Source of the DNA: a candidate division WWE3 bacterium CSP1-7
GTDB lineage: Bacteria; Patescibacteriota; WWE3; 9FT-COMBO-53-11
DNA length: 26,034 nucleotides
Assembly: GCA_001443395.1 (NCBI GenBank)
Contig: LDXK01000001.1
Span: 223,278-249,311 of the forward strand
Direction: 5' to 3'
Position 1 is the first letter of the stretch; the number at the start of each line of letters is the position of its first letter. The notes under the pieces are model-generated. The model searched no databases. It saw only the letters and a program-made list of their open reading frames with translations, and had not been told where the DNA came from. This document shows positions 8,661 through 17,415 of this stretch, piece by piece. The translations under genes and the position numbers were made by a program.

Positions 8661-9340
8661 ATATTTGGGATGTCCTTCTCATCACACCGCTGACCACGGC
8701 CCTCCACTTCTTCTATAACATTCTCGGGGCGAACCTAGGATTGGCGATCATCGCGCTCACGGTGGCCCTGCGGCTTATTCTCTTTCCCCTCACCCTTCCT
8801 TCCTTGAAATCAATGCGGATCCAGCGGGACATCAAGCCCGAGCTGGATCGTTTAAAAGAGAAATACAAAGGCGATCGCCAGAAATTGGCAACGGCCCAGA
8901 TGGAACTTTTCAAGCAGAAGGGAGTGAATCCCCTGTCCGGGTGCCTCCCCCAGCTGCTGCAGCTCGTTATCCTGATCGCGCTTTATCAGGTCTTCATCTC
9001 CAATCTAAAAGATGGAGGGCTCAACCACCAATTTCTCTTCTGGGACCTCTCCGTCAAGGATCCGTTCTTTATCCTTCCGGTTTTGGCAGCGGTTTCCCAG
9101 TTTGTCCTCTCCAAGATGATGCTGCCGGCGGTTTCGCAGGAGCACAAGGTTGCTCATGAGGCCAAGGACAAAAAGGAAGATTTCGCCTCTGCCCTGCAGC
9201 GGCAGAATCTTTTCCTCTTTCCGATCTTGACCCTGTTCTTGGGGCTGCAGTTCCCGGCCGGTTTGATGCTCTACTGGTTTGTCTCCACCCTTCTGCAGAT
9301 CCCCCAGCAGTGGTTGGCCATGCGTTCCAAAAGTTCGTGA
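8657..9340 (+). CDS. yidC: YidC/Oxa1 membrane protein insertase (short form)
   Basis: [37 protein letters not shown]; position after rnpA-yidD. Confidence 0.95.
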   Translation: MNIWDVLLITPLTTALHFFYNILGANLGLAIIALTVALRLILFPLTLPSLKSMRIQRDIKPELDRLKEKYKGDRQKLATAQMELFKQKGVNPLSGCLPQLLQLVILIALYQVFISNLKDGGLNHQFLFWDLSVKDPFFILPVLAAVSQFVLSKMMLPAVSQEHKVAHEAKDKKEDFASALQRQNLFLFPILTLFLGLQFPAGLMLYWFVSTLLQIPQQWLAMRSKSS

Positions 9341-9370
9341 GGGTGTGTTAGATTGGAAGCGACCCCGATG

Positions 9371-9437
9371 AACGGCCGGAGAAACGACCTAGAAATTTCT
9401 GCTCTTCGGAAATTTAACGGCCGGAGAAACGACCTAG
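9371..9437. repeat. Perfect 22-bp direct repeat flanking a small hairpin
   Basis: AACGGCCGGAGAAACGACCTAG at 9371-9392 and 9416-9437; the spacer AAATTTC-N9-GAAATTT is an inverted repeat. Confidence 0.85.
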
Positions 9438-9456
9438 CATTTCCAAAGAGACGAAA

Positions 9457-9939
9457 ATGAAAGCGCAAAAATTTCTTACCGAAACAAGTGAAGAGCTTTT
9501 AACAAAGATGGGAATCCCCTCCCAGATTCAGGTTAAGGAAGAGGAAGGGCGGCTTTTGATTGACCTCAAGCCGGAAGACCCCGAAGACAGCTCCTTTCTG
9601 ATCGGCTTCCACGGCCAAACTTTGAATGCTCTCCAAGCGGTCTTGGGCGTGATGCTGATGCGCAAAGTCGGGGAGTTCCAGCCATTTTCTCTGGAGGCCG
9701 GTGGCTATCGCCAGCAGCGGGAAGAGGAGTTGCGCCGCCGCGCGCTCGAAGCCGCGGACAAAGCCCGTTTTCTGCTTAAGGAAGTGGCCTTTCCGGCGAT
9801 GCCGGCGGTGGAACGAAGGGTTATTCATGTCACTCTCCAAGACGAGAAAGGAGTCTTTACCGAGAGTCGAGGTGAGGACCGGGAACGGCACGTGGTTGTG
9901 GTGCCGGGAGAAAAGCCCGTGGTTGATAGTAAAAAGTAA
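9457..9939 (+). CDS. jag: Jag/KhpB (EloR)-like RNA-binding protein with KH and R3H domains, no Jag_N domain
   Basis: LIGFHGQTLNALQ (KH), ERRVIH (R3H), TESRGEDRERHVVV; follows yidC. Confidence 0.9.
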   Translation: MKAQKFLTETSEELLTKMGIPSQIQVKEEEGRLLIDLKPEDPEDSSFLIGFHGQTLNALQAVLGVMLMRKVGEFQPFSLEAGGYRQQREEELRRRALEAADKARFLLKEVAFPAMPAVERRVIHVTLQDEKGVFTESRGEDRERHVVVVPGEKPVVDSKK

Positions 9940-9948
9940 AAAGAAATT

Positions 9949-11040
9949 ATGGATGTTACCGTTCTCCAGGAAAATTTGCTTCCCCGCCTGACCGCAGTGG
10001 CGCGAGTGGCTTCGGCGAAATCGGCTCTGCCGATCTTAGAGAATGTTCTCCTGACGGCGGAAAAGGCGGTTCTCCACCTAGCCGCCACCGATCTGGAGAC
10101 CGGGATCAAGACGAAGGTGGGCGCCAAGGTTTCCACCGAAGGCGCAATTACAGTCCCCGCCCGATTGCTGGTATCTCTGATCACCAATCTTCCTCCGGGA
10201 AAGGTAACGCTTAAAGCCGAAAAAGATATTCTGACCATTTCGGCGGAGAGTTTTTCTTCCAAAATCAATGGGATGCCCGCCGCCGAATTTCCGAATCTGG
10301 CTTCTCCCGGTAAAGCTCTTTTCAAGATTCCGGCAAAAGATTTTAAGGAAGCGGTCACCCAGGTTTCTTTTGCGGCGGCGCAGGATGAGTCCCGGCCGAT
10401 CCTGACCGGAATTCTGCTGAAGCTGGGAGGAGGAACGTTGGTGTTGGCCGGAGTGGACGGTTTCCGTTTGGGAGAAAAGAAAATTTCCATTGCCGGGGAA
10501 GGGCTGACGGCGGTCGTGCCGGCCCGGTCACTGGGGGAAGTTTCTCGCTTGGTTGAGGGAGAGGTTGAAATTGGCCTGGCCGAGGAAGGCCAGCTCTTCT
10601 TTAACGCTCCCGATTTCTTGGTTCTTTCCCAGGTGCTGGAAGGGGAATTTCCCGAATACGAGCAGATTATTCCAGGCAATTTTGAGACCAAAATTTCCTT
10701 CTCCAAAGAGGAGATGGTTAAGGCCGTTCAGCTGACCTCGGTTTTCTCAGACTCCGGCACCACGATTATTGTTTTCAATTTTGATCCGCAGAAGAAAATT
10801 TTGGAGGTCTCTTCCCAGGAAGCCCAGCAGGGAGAGGCCCGCTTGGAGATTCCGATCAGCGGTGAAGGGAAGAAGGGGATGATTGCCTTCAATTCCCACT
10901 ATGTGAGCGATGCTCTAAGTGCGTTGCTGGATGAGGATGTGACGCTCGCGATGAACTCCAGCCTGGATCCGGTTCTGCTGACTTCTCCCAAAGACAAAAA
11001 CTACCGGCACGTGATTATGCCGGTCCGGCTACAAGATTAA
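9949..11040 (+). CDS. dnaN: DNA polymerase III beta sliding clamp
   Basis: LPILENVLL, ATDLE, ESRPILTG, DGFRL, G.FPEYEQIIP, IAFN, VIMPVR. Confidence 0.97.
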   Translation: MDVTVLQENLLPRLTAVARVASAKSALPILENVLLTAEKAVLHLAATDLETGIKTKVGAKVSTEGAITVPARLLVSLITNLPPGKVTLKAEKDILTISAESFSSKINGMPAAEFPNLASPGKALFKIPAKDFKEAVTQVSFAAAQDESRPILTGILLKLGGGTLVLAGVDGFRLGEKKISIAGEGLTAVVPARSLGEVSRLVEGEVEIGLAEEGQLFFNAPDFLVLSQVLEGEFPEYEQIIPGNFETKISFSKEEMVKAVQLTSVFSDSGTTIIVFNFDPQKKILEVSSQEAQQGEARLEIPISGEGKKGMIAFNSHYVSDALSALLDEDVTLAMNSSLDPVLLTSPKDKNYRHVIMPVRLQD

Positions 11041-11335
11041 TTCTTCGCTCGCTTTCCCAATCTCTTATCCTGTACCTTATTTCTTCCACAACTTTTCCTC
11101 CCAGCCCTTCGTTGATTTTTATCTTTAGCTCTCGGGACTGCAGAAAGATCTCTTGAGAATGGGCCGGCGAGGGTGTGCCAATGAGCAGGCGCCCCTCGCG
11201 AAAAGAAATCATTCTCGCCCATGGCGGTAGGTGTTTTTTGGTTTCCTGTTCCACTTTCAGAGCGGTCACGGCGGAACGAATGGGACTGCGACGGGTGAGA
11301 TGATCCAGGGATTGGCCGAGCTGTTCAAAAGCCAT
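11015..11335 (-). CDS. dciA: DciA/DUF721-like replicative helicase operator
   Basis: 106 aa; A.MISFREGRL.I.TPSPA.SQEI.L....L..KIN..LG..VV..I.Y.I follows the DUF721 pattern; adjacent to dnaN. Confidence 0.7.
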   Translation of the reverse strand: MAFEQLGQSLDHLTRRSPIRSAVTALKVEQETKKHLPPWARMISFREGRLLIGTPSPAHSQEIFLQSRELKIKINEGLGGKVVEEIRYRIRDWESERRINLVAGPA

Positions 11336-11338
11336 TGG

Positions 11339-13225
11339 TTAGACGGTGGGAACGAGAGGAGCGGGCGGAACGGCCGGGGCGGCGGGAGGGACCTCGGTTG
11401 GTAGCCCTTTCTCTCTTGCCTCCTGTTCCAGCTTTTCTTTAATCGCCAGAATTTCCTTCGGCGAGGAAGTTGCCAGCGGGTGTTCATCGGGCGAGGCAAC
11501 CACCTGCATTGCAACATGGTTCGGGCCGGCAAAGAAGAGCCCCTCTCCGACGTTCGCCGCCAAGAGAATCCGCTTCTCTCCCTCCGACAGATAGAAGACT
11601 TTGGTGATTTCGTCGATCGCGGCCGGGTGCTGTTTGAGGAGGATCTGGAGCGAGGAGTTGGTCACGATCGCCTTGCCGTAATCGGAGCGGAGGAAATCCG
11701 CCACATCCTGGGTGATGGTGGTTAGGCCCAGGTAGTATTTGCGGGCCCGCTTGGCGATGGAGTACATGAAGACCGCCGAGTCGGGGTGCTGCATCAGGTA
11801 CCAGGCCTCGTCGACGACCAGAACCCGCTTCTTGATCTCGCGGCGGATCCGGCTCCAGATGAAGTCGAGAATGATGTACATCGCCACCGGCCGGACCTTC
11901 TCTTCCAGGTCCCGGGTGGAGAAGACGGTGAAGGTGTTGCGGATGTCCACGGTGGAGGGCTGGTCAAAAATCCCCTTCAGTGAACCGGTAACGTACTGCT
12001 CGAGCCGGTCGGCCAACGGCTGGCCGCCGGGACTTCTTTTCAACACCTCGTAGATATCCGTCATCACCGGGGCGGGATTCTGGTGGGTCGTTGGGTCTTG
12101 GGTTATTCCTTTGCCGGCGTAGGTTTCCAGGAGGGCTCGATCGATCAGGGCATCCTCGGAGGGAGCGAGTTGGCCCATGATGACTTTGAAGAGAGTGTGC
12201 AGAGAGAGAACCTTCAGCGCCAGCTCATTCTCCCCTTCTTCATAGGTTCCCGACATATCAAAAGGATTGATTTTGGACGGCGAGGACGGCGAGAAGGTGA
12301 TAAAGTCGCCGCCGATGCTCCGGCAGAGCTGTTCATACTCTTTTTCCGGGTCGATCACCATCACTTCGGTGCCGAACATCAGCGAACGGATCGCCTCCAG
12401 TTTGACCATGTAGGATTTGCCGGCGCCGGACTTAGCGAAGACAACGGTGTTGGCATTCTCCAGCGAGAAGCGGTCGAAGATGATCAGCGAACCGTTGTGC
12501 TCATTGATGCCGTAGAGAATTCCTTCGTTGGCGGTCAGTTCCGAAGAGGTGAGCGGGAAGGTGGTCGCGATCGAAGTGGTGTCCATATTCCGCATAATTT
12601 TCAGCTTGTCCAAGCAGGTGGGAATGGTGGATTGGAAGGCCTCTTCCATCCGGAGGGTGGCGTGCTTGGAGAGGAGCAGAAGGGAGCCGAGAGTTGATTC
12701 CACTTTCTTGGTGACCGCGTCCAGCTCCTCGATCGATTCAGCGCTGATAGTGATGTAGAAGGAGAATTGGAAGAAGCGTTCGGTTCCTTTCACCAGTTGT
12801 TCCTGGAGGGAGCGGGCGTCCTCGAGGGCGGCCTCCACCGTGGGATCAGCGACCCGTCCTCCCTTCTCGTTCTCCTTGACGGTGGCTTCCATTTCGGCGA
12901 TCTTTCGACGAAGGTCGTCGAGAACTCCCCGCGATTCGACCGGGTAGTAGAACATCGACAGGGTGAGGGTGTGGTTGAAGTTGATCAACGGCGAGAGCCA
13001 GTTGGCGCCGACGAAGCGGGGGTATCCGGAGACAAAGATCGTCCGGACAAAGGTCTCTCCGATCTTGAGGTGGTTGAAGTCAACATCGATCGAAGGCGGG
13101 GCGATGATGTCCTGGACCGAGACCGCTCCGGCCGCGATGGTCTGAGCGAGCTGCGGCAGGGTCGCGGGTGCCCCGGCGGGAACGGGAACGGGAGGCGGGG
13201 CGTAGACTCCGGGCTGTTCTGTCAT
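11339..13225 (-). CDS. virB4: VirB4-like type IV secretion ATPase
   Basis: FDRFSLENAN, AKSGAGKS (Walker A), VIDPEKEY, INPFD, VVDEAW (Walker B), KRARKY, TQDVADF. Confidence 0.9.
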   Translation of the reverse strand: MTEQPGVYAPPPVPVPAGAPATLPQLAQTIAAGAVSVQDIIAPPSIDVDFNHLKIGETFVRTIFVSGYPRFVGANWLSPLINFNHTLTLSMFYYPVESRGVLDDLRRKIAEMEATVKENEKGGRVADPTVEAALEDARSLQEQLVKGTERFFQFSFYITISAESIEELDAVTKKVESTLGSLLLLSKHATLRMEEAFQSTIPTCLDKLKIMRNMDTTSIATTFPLTSSELTANEGILYGINEHNGSLIIFDRFSLENANTVVFAKSGAGKSYMVKLEAIRSLMFGTEVMVIDPEKEYEQLCRSIGGDFITFSPSSPSKINPFDMSGTYEEGENELALKVLSLHTLFKVIMGQLAPSEDALIDRALLETYAGKGITQDPTTHQNPAPVMTDIYEVLKRSPGGQPLADRLEQYVTGSLKGIFDQPSTVDIRNTFTVFSTRDLEEKVRPVAMYIILDFIWSRIRREIKKRVLVVDEAWYLMQHPDSAVFMYSIAKRARKYYLGLTTITQDVADFLRSDYGKAIVTNSSLQILLKQHPAAIDEITKVFYLSEGEKRILLAANVGEGLFFAGPNHVAMQVVASPDEHPLATSSPKEILAIKEKLEQEAREKGLPTEVPPAAPAVPPAPLVPTV

Positions 13226-13935
13226 TATTGTTCTCCTCCCACCGCCGGTTCAACCATCACCGAGGTGTAGTTGCCCGCGCCGCCGGCGATGTGCTGGTAG
13301 CGAGCCTGCTCCGGGTTGTAGATTTCGTAGAACATGCCGATCAGTTCAGGAGTGGTGAGCTGGCGGGATTTGATCCCCAACCTCTCCATCTGTTTGAGGA
13401 GGTGGTCGCGCTTCGGCTCCAGATCAACCTTCGCTCTTTCCAGGATCGCGGCCTTGTTGATCCGCGGACCTTGGGGCTTTTTGCCGAACAGAAAATCCAG
13501 GAAAGAAGGGCGTGAAACCGAGATCGCTTCAAAGTGCGGGATCACGATGTAGAAACGTTTGTCCAGGACCTCCCCTTTCTGGACGAGGGAGGCAATAAAT
13601 TCCTTATAGGAGGTAATCTTCTCCCGGAGATAGGGATTGGCTTGGGTGGTGATGGCGGCCTGCTCGTCAATCCATTTCAGGTAGCTGGAGAGGTCGAGCT
13701 TCCGAGAGCGGACCAGAATTTGGACGGGAAAAGAGAGGGAGTTGAGCATCGAGGCGTAGGCCCCGATCATTGAATCCTGCTCCCGTTCGGAGAGCAGGTC
13801 AAAGTTGACGGAAGTGGTCTCCAAAACAAGAGAGGCGTTGCCGTTTTTCAGCAGGATCAGATCCTCTTGGATATCGAGAATGTCGAGGTGTTCCTGGGTG
13901 GTGGCTTGAGTTTTGGGTGGTTTGGTTTTTACCAT
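13225..13935 (-). CDS. VirB4-associated protein resembling a separately encoded VirB4/TraC N-terminal domain
   Basis: VLETTSVNFDLLSEREQD..I..Y...LNSL.FPVQIL; lies between PrgI and VirB4 and overlaps the VirB4 start by 1 bp. Confidence 0.7.
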   Translation of the reverse strand: MVKTKPPKTQATTQEHLDILDIQEDLILLKNGNASLVLETTSVNFDLLSEREQDSMIGAYASMLNSLSFPVQILVRSRKLDLSSYLKWIDEQAAITTQANPYLREKITSYKEFIASLVQKGEVLDKRFYIVIPHFEAISVSRPSFLDFLFGKKPQGPRINKAAILERAKVDLEPKRDHLLKQMERLGIKSRQLTTPELIGMFYEIYNPEQARYQHIAGGAGNYTSVMVEPAVGGEQ

Positions 13936-13937
13936 GG

Positions 13938-15362
13938 CTATTTTGACCTTATCTCCAACTCTTCCATTTCCTTTCCTGTTAACTCAACCTTCATTGTAGC
14001 AAAGGAAAACGGCGTTTTCGGGACTCGGACCGCGTATTTCCCATTGGGGAGCGGGCTGGTGACGAACTTACCTAGTTCACTGGTCTTGATGGCGCGGACG
14101 ACGTTGCCCTTTTCGTCCTCGACCACCACCAGAGTTTGGTCGAGGATTCCGCCCTGGGGATCGAAAACTACACCGGCGATGATGTTCTCCCCGGCTTTGG
14201 GTGGAGCGATCGGCGGCGCCGCCGAGGGTTTGGGCAGAGGGGGAGCTGTAGGAAAAGGAATAGGAGTAGGAATAGGTGTGGGTTTTTCTTCGGGCGGCGA
14301 CGGAACTACCACCGGTGGTGGAGTCGGTTCCGGTATCGGTTCGGGCTCAGGCAGCGGCGCGGGAGGAGGCGGGGGCGGAGCTACTGGAGCGGGTGGAATT
14401 TCCTCCACTTCGGGAACGGGCGGAAGCGGCAACGGAGGGGGCGGGGCGATCGGTTCCACCGTCACAGTTGCCAGGGCCGGTGCCGTCGGAAGTTCCGGGG
14501 CGATGATCTGTTCTCGGGCGGGAGCGTAAACCATCTCGCCGGCGATAGCCAGCGGCGTTAAGCGGCGGCCGACCCGGGTGTTGCGGCGGGCGGCGAAATA
14601 ACTGGCGACCCGCCCCCGCTGGACTTTGTAGACCGGTTCGGCGAAATTGACCTGAGAAGCCAGAGAAGCCCGTTCGATGATTTTGGTCGCCTCCACAAAT
14701 CTCAGCCGCGGGGCTGGTGGAGGAGGAGGCGGTCCCTCGACTTCGCTCGGGGCGACTGGCGAAACAGTCGGAGCGGCCATCACCTCTTCCAGGGTTAGCG
14801 CCGCGGTCGGCGGAGCGACCGGAACGGGAGCCGGGACAAACGCCGGGGCGGCCGGGGTCACCATGGTTTGGGCGAGGCTGCGGATGGATCCCAGGTACTG
14901 TTCTTCCGCCAGATCCAAAGGATTGAGCTCTTTTTGTTCGCGGATTCCACCGAGGTAAGTTTCCAGCCGGCGGCGGGATTCTTCTGGACTGATTTCCGGC
15001 CCGCTCACTCTAGTGAATTTGGGCATCTCCAAAATCAAAAATTCGGCCGGCGCGGTGCTCTTAACCCACATCCGGCGGGTGGGAGAGTAAACTGCCCGGA
15101 AGAAAGCAGTGATCCATTGATCCAGCGATTGGTCTTGAAAGGGTATCAGAGCGAAGGCAACACCGAAGAGAACAAGAGATATGGAGATAAGGAGACGGAA
15201 CGGGAGGAAAAGACCGGAGGAGAAAATGGCAAAGGCGAAGAACCCGCAGATCGCCAGGATGGCGAACTGGCGGATAGTGAGATCACCGATCAGCTTGAAC
15301 TGGACCCCAAAAACCTGCTGGGGAACGGCGTGCTGTTTGGTTGTGAGCGGTTCTTCAGGCAT
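13938..15362 (-). CDS. prgI: PrgI-family (VirB3-like) membrane protein with Pro-rich linker and C-terminal carboxypeptidase-regulatory-like beta domain
   Basis: QHAVPQ...QFKLIGDLTIRQF plus two TM helices; C-terminal IAGVVFD.QG......V.V.D.KG...KTSELGKF...LPNGKY.V. Confidence 0.8.
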   Translation of the reverse strand: MPEEPLTTKQHAVPQQVFGVQFKLIGDLTIRQFAILAICGFFAFAIFSSGLFLPFRLLISISLVLFGVAFALIPFQDQSLDQWITAFFRAVYSPTRRMWVKSTAPAEFLILEMPKFTRVSGPEISPEESRRRLETYLGGIREQKELNPLDLAEEQYLGSIRSLAQTMVTPAAPAFVPAPVPVAPPTAALTLEEVMAAPTVSPVAPSEVEGPPPPPPAPRLRFVEATKIIERASLASQVNFAEPVYKVQRGRVASYFAARRNTRVGRRLTPLAIAGEMVYAPAREQIIAPELPTAPALATVTVEPIAPPPPLPLPPVPEVEEIPPAPVAPPPPPPAPLPEPEPIPEPTPPPVVVPSPPEEKPTPIPTPIPFPTAPPLPKPSAAPPIAPPKAGENIIAGVVFDPQGGILDQTLVVVEDEKGNVVRAIKTSELGKFVTSPLPNGKYAVRVPKTPFSFATMKVELTGKEMEELEIRSK

Positions 15363-15459
15363 GGGCTAGGGACTAGGGATTAGGGTTCAGGGTTTAGTAT
15401 AGACAGATCCAAGCTTAAACCTATACCCTACACCCTACACCCTACACCCTATACCCTAG
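15363..15459. repeat. Opposed heptamer arrays: five GGG tracts then five CCC tracts
   Basis: GGG at 15363, 15369, 15376, 15383, 15390; CCC at 15426, 15433, 15440, 15447, 15454 (TACACCC/TATACCC units). Confidence 0.9.
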
Positions 15460-15499
15460 ATTAGATTATCAAATTTCGGGATTAATCAGGAAATTAGAG

Positions 15500-15569
15500 T
15501 TGATTTTCTCTTAGTTCTATGTTATCCTATAGCTATTAACAACTAAATCTCCCCTAAGAGGGAAGGAGG
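15500..15569 (+). promoter_or_regulatory. Sigma70-type promoter plus RBS (module copy A)
   Basis: TTGATT-17 bp-(TGt)TATCCT, leader ATAGCTATTAACAACTAAAT, then AGGGAAGGAGG. Confidence 0.7.
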
Positions 15570-15570
15570 C

Positions 15571-16089
15571 ATGATGTCGGATCAGTTGTTCTTCAGCGCC
15601 ATCTTGGCAATCGTTGCTCTGATGGTCGTAGTTCTGGCCGTACTTTTGGGGTTCCTGATTGGTTCCCGGAACACGGTCCGTTCTGAGCGCTCGAGCAAAG
15701 TTCGACATGCCAAGAAGTCCCCTCCCCGCAAGCGCAAGTCCGCGCTCAAGCGTTTCTTCCTCTTCCTCAAGAAGCATTGGCCGAAGCGGAAGAAGAAACA
15801 AGAGGCTCCAGCTCCTGCACCTACTCCTCAGGCGGTCACCGCCGAAAAGAACCAGGACGGGAAGGAGAAGAAAAAGAAGAGTTCTCTGGGGGTAGCCGCG
15901 GCGATCATCGGGGTGATGTTCTCCTTGAATGCGTTTTTCGTTTTCTCGGGAGCTACCATCCTGGTTGTGATCGTTTCGATTGTTTCACAATCTCCCGACG
16001 TTCTTAAAACGGCGACGGGATACGGTTTGGTAGCGGTCTCCTGCGGAGTTTCGTTGGTGTTATTTGCGGTGTATCTGATCAAGAAGTGA
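15571..16089 (+). CDS. Hypothetical membrane protein with Lys/Arg-rich loop (start may be ATG 15574)
   Basis: N-terminal TM helix, highly basic segment, C-terminal hydrophobic helices; has its own promoter, SD and terminator. Confidence 0.75.
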   Translation: MMSDQLFFSAILAIVALMVVVLAVLLGFLIGSRNTVRSERSSKVRHAKKSPPRKRKSALKRFFLFLKKHWPKRKKKQEAPAPAPTPQAVTAEKNQDGKEKKKKSSLGVAAAIIGVMFSLNAFFVFSGATILVVIVSIVSQSPDVLKTATGYGLVAVSCGVSLVLFAVYLIKK

Positions 16090-16097
16090 CGAGTTCA

Positions 16098-16130
16098 GCC
16101 CCGGGTATAATCTACTCGGGGTTTTTTATT
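16098..16130 (+). terminator. Rho-independent terminator
   Basis: GCCCCGGGTA-TAATC-TACTCGGGGT followed by TTTTTATT. Confidence 0.75.
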
Positions 16131-17355
16131 TTTTCCCTCTCGGTTTGTTTAAACCCAGACCTTCCTCGAGGAGACCGGGGGCTTTATAGGCCGCAACGAG
16201 CATCGATAGTGTCAGGATCGGTCCCAAAAGCGAGGTACTGAAAAGTATTGTTTCTCCGACCACTTCCTTAAAGTTTCCTCCACTTAGGAAGGTAGTGGCG
16301 GGAAAAACGGTTTGAGCAGCGAAGAACAGAGCCAAGATGAAGAAAAATAGAATCAGCGGAAATACCAGCGTTTTGGCGATAAGCTTTTTTCCTAGATCAG
16401 TGATGGTACCCTCCTGCCCGGGAAGGGATCCGAACAGAATAACGAGCGGCGAAAAGATTGTGTTCAAGAGAATAAAAACGTAAGCGGAGAGCAGCCTAAT
16501 TGTTGTTAGGACGAAAAGAACTATTCCTCCCAGTATTAAGATGGTCATTAGGATCAATTGAACTAGGCCCGACGCACCCAAATTCACAACCCTCCCGATA
16601 ATTTGCCCAGCAAGTAGGGTCGGTAACCCGCCGACAAGTTCTGCGGCCCCTCCCGAAACCTCGATGGCCGAGGTAATATTTTGGATAACCGTTTGCACCG
16701 CAATGCTGGATACGAGATAGCTGGCAAAAACGGCGAAGATATCGAAAATTAGTGCGATAATCGGGAGAGAAAACGTGATTAGAACCAGCCCCGCGAGAAT
16801 GCGCGGTAGAGCGTAGGTAAACGTCACCACGGTTCTGGTTGGTAGCTGTCTCTGGAGAATAATCATGAATCCGATTGCGATCATCACAATTACGAAAAGA
16901 CCGTAGGCCACGTTCCTTGTACTTTTCCAGAATGTTTCGATTGGGCTCAGTATTTCCGTTCCGATCCCTCCCTCCTGCGCATTAGCTCTCGAATTAAGAA
17001 TGTTGTTGGAGAGCGTGTTTTTGATTATGTTTGCAAAATGATTACCGGTCGGCGGTATTTTGTAGGCGAGAGAGCCGATCTCTCCCACGGCTGAAACCAT
17101 CCCCTTATCCCATTCTCCCCGAGCCATCTGGCTTACATCGTTCGCGGTTAGTTTGTCGGCGTCTTTACCTACGGCGGATCGGAATAGAAAATTAATCCCC
17201 GCAGCGCCAGCCGCCTCAACTGTGCAGTTGATATCCGCTACACACTTGAGGTCGCCCCAAACATCGATGAGGGAGGCCGCTTGCACTGGGGTGGGTTTAA
17301 CAGCGAGCAAAACAAATACCAACAGTGGTAGAACTAATAACTTTAATTTACCCAT
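16126..17355 (-). CDS. VirB6/TrbL-like polytopic membrane protein
   Basis: Signal peptide, then W...RNVAY.LFVIV....GFMI, LPRIL..LVLITFS..I, I....IFSPL......LPG; several TM helices; T4SS context. Confidence 0.6.
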   Translation of the reverse strand: MGKLKLLVLPLLVFVLLAVKPTPVQAASLIDVWGDLKCVADINCTVEAAGAAGINFLFRSAVGKDADKLTANDVSQMARGEWDKGMVSAVGEIGSLAYKIPPTGNHFANIIKNTLSNNILNSRANAQEGGIGTEILSPIETFWKSTRNVAYGLFVIVMIAIGFMIILQRQLPTRTVVTFTYALPRILAGLVLITFSLPIIALIFDIFAVFASYLVSSIAVQTVIQNITSAIEVSGGAAELVGGLPTLLAGQIIGRVVNLGASGLVQLILMTILILGGIVLFVLTTIRLLSAYVFILLNTIFSPLVILFGSLPGQEGTITDLGKKLIAKTLVFPLILFFFILALFFAAQTVFPATTFLSGGNFKEVVGETILFSTSLLGPILTLSMLVAAYKAPGLLEEGLGLNKPRGKK

Positions 17356-17363
17356 TCGCTCTC

Positions 17364-17408
17364 ATTTTAGGGAAACAGAGACTGATAGTCAATTTAAGAT
17401 GCTAAGAT
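17364..17408. promoter_or_regulatory. Back-to-back promoters for divergent, near-leaderless genes
   Basis: Minus strand: TTGACT (17392-17387)-17 bp-TAAAAT (17369-17364), 8 nt before ATG. Plus strand: TGcTAAGAT (17400-17408), 7 nt before ATG. Confidence 0.6.
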
Positions 17409-17415
17409 TTAACCA

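Noticed and set aside
9371-9437. Mini CRISPR array
   Set aside because: Only two repeats, a 23-bp self-complementary spacer and no cas genes in the window.
9825-10706. 293-aa minus-strand ORF
   Set aside because: Antisense shadow of dnaN and jag.
13867-14561. Gly-rich plus-strand ORFs (also 4801-5112)
   Set aside because: Reverse-complement read-out of Pro-rich codons in the real minus-strand genes.
16106-16111. TATAAT as a promoter
   Set aside because: It lies at the loop of a terminator hairpin with no plus-strand gene downstream.
11339-17355. Integrative conjugative element
   Set aside because: No integrase, relaxase or att repeats are visible, and the operon runs into a replication gene.
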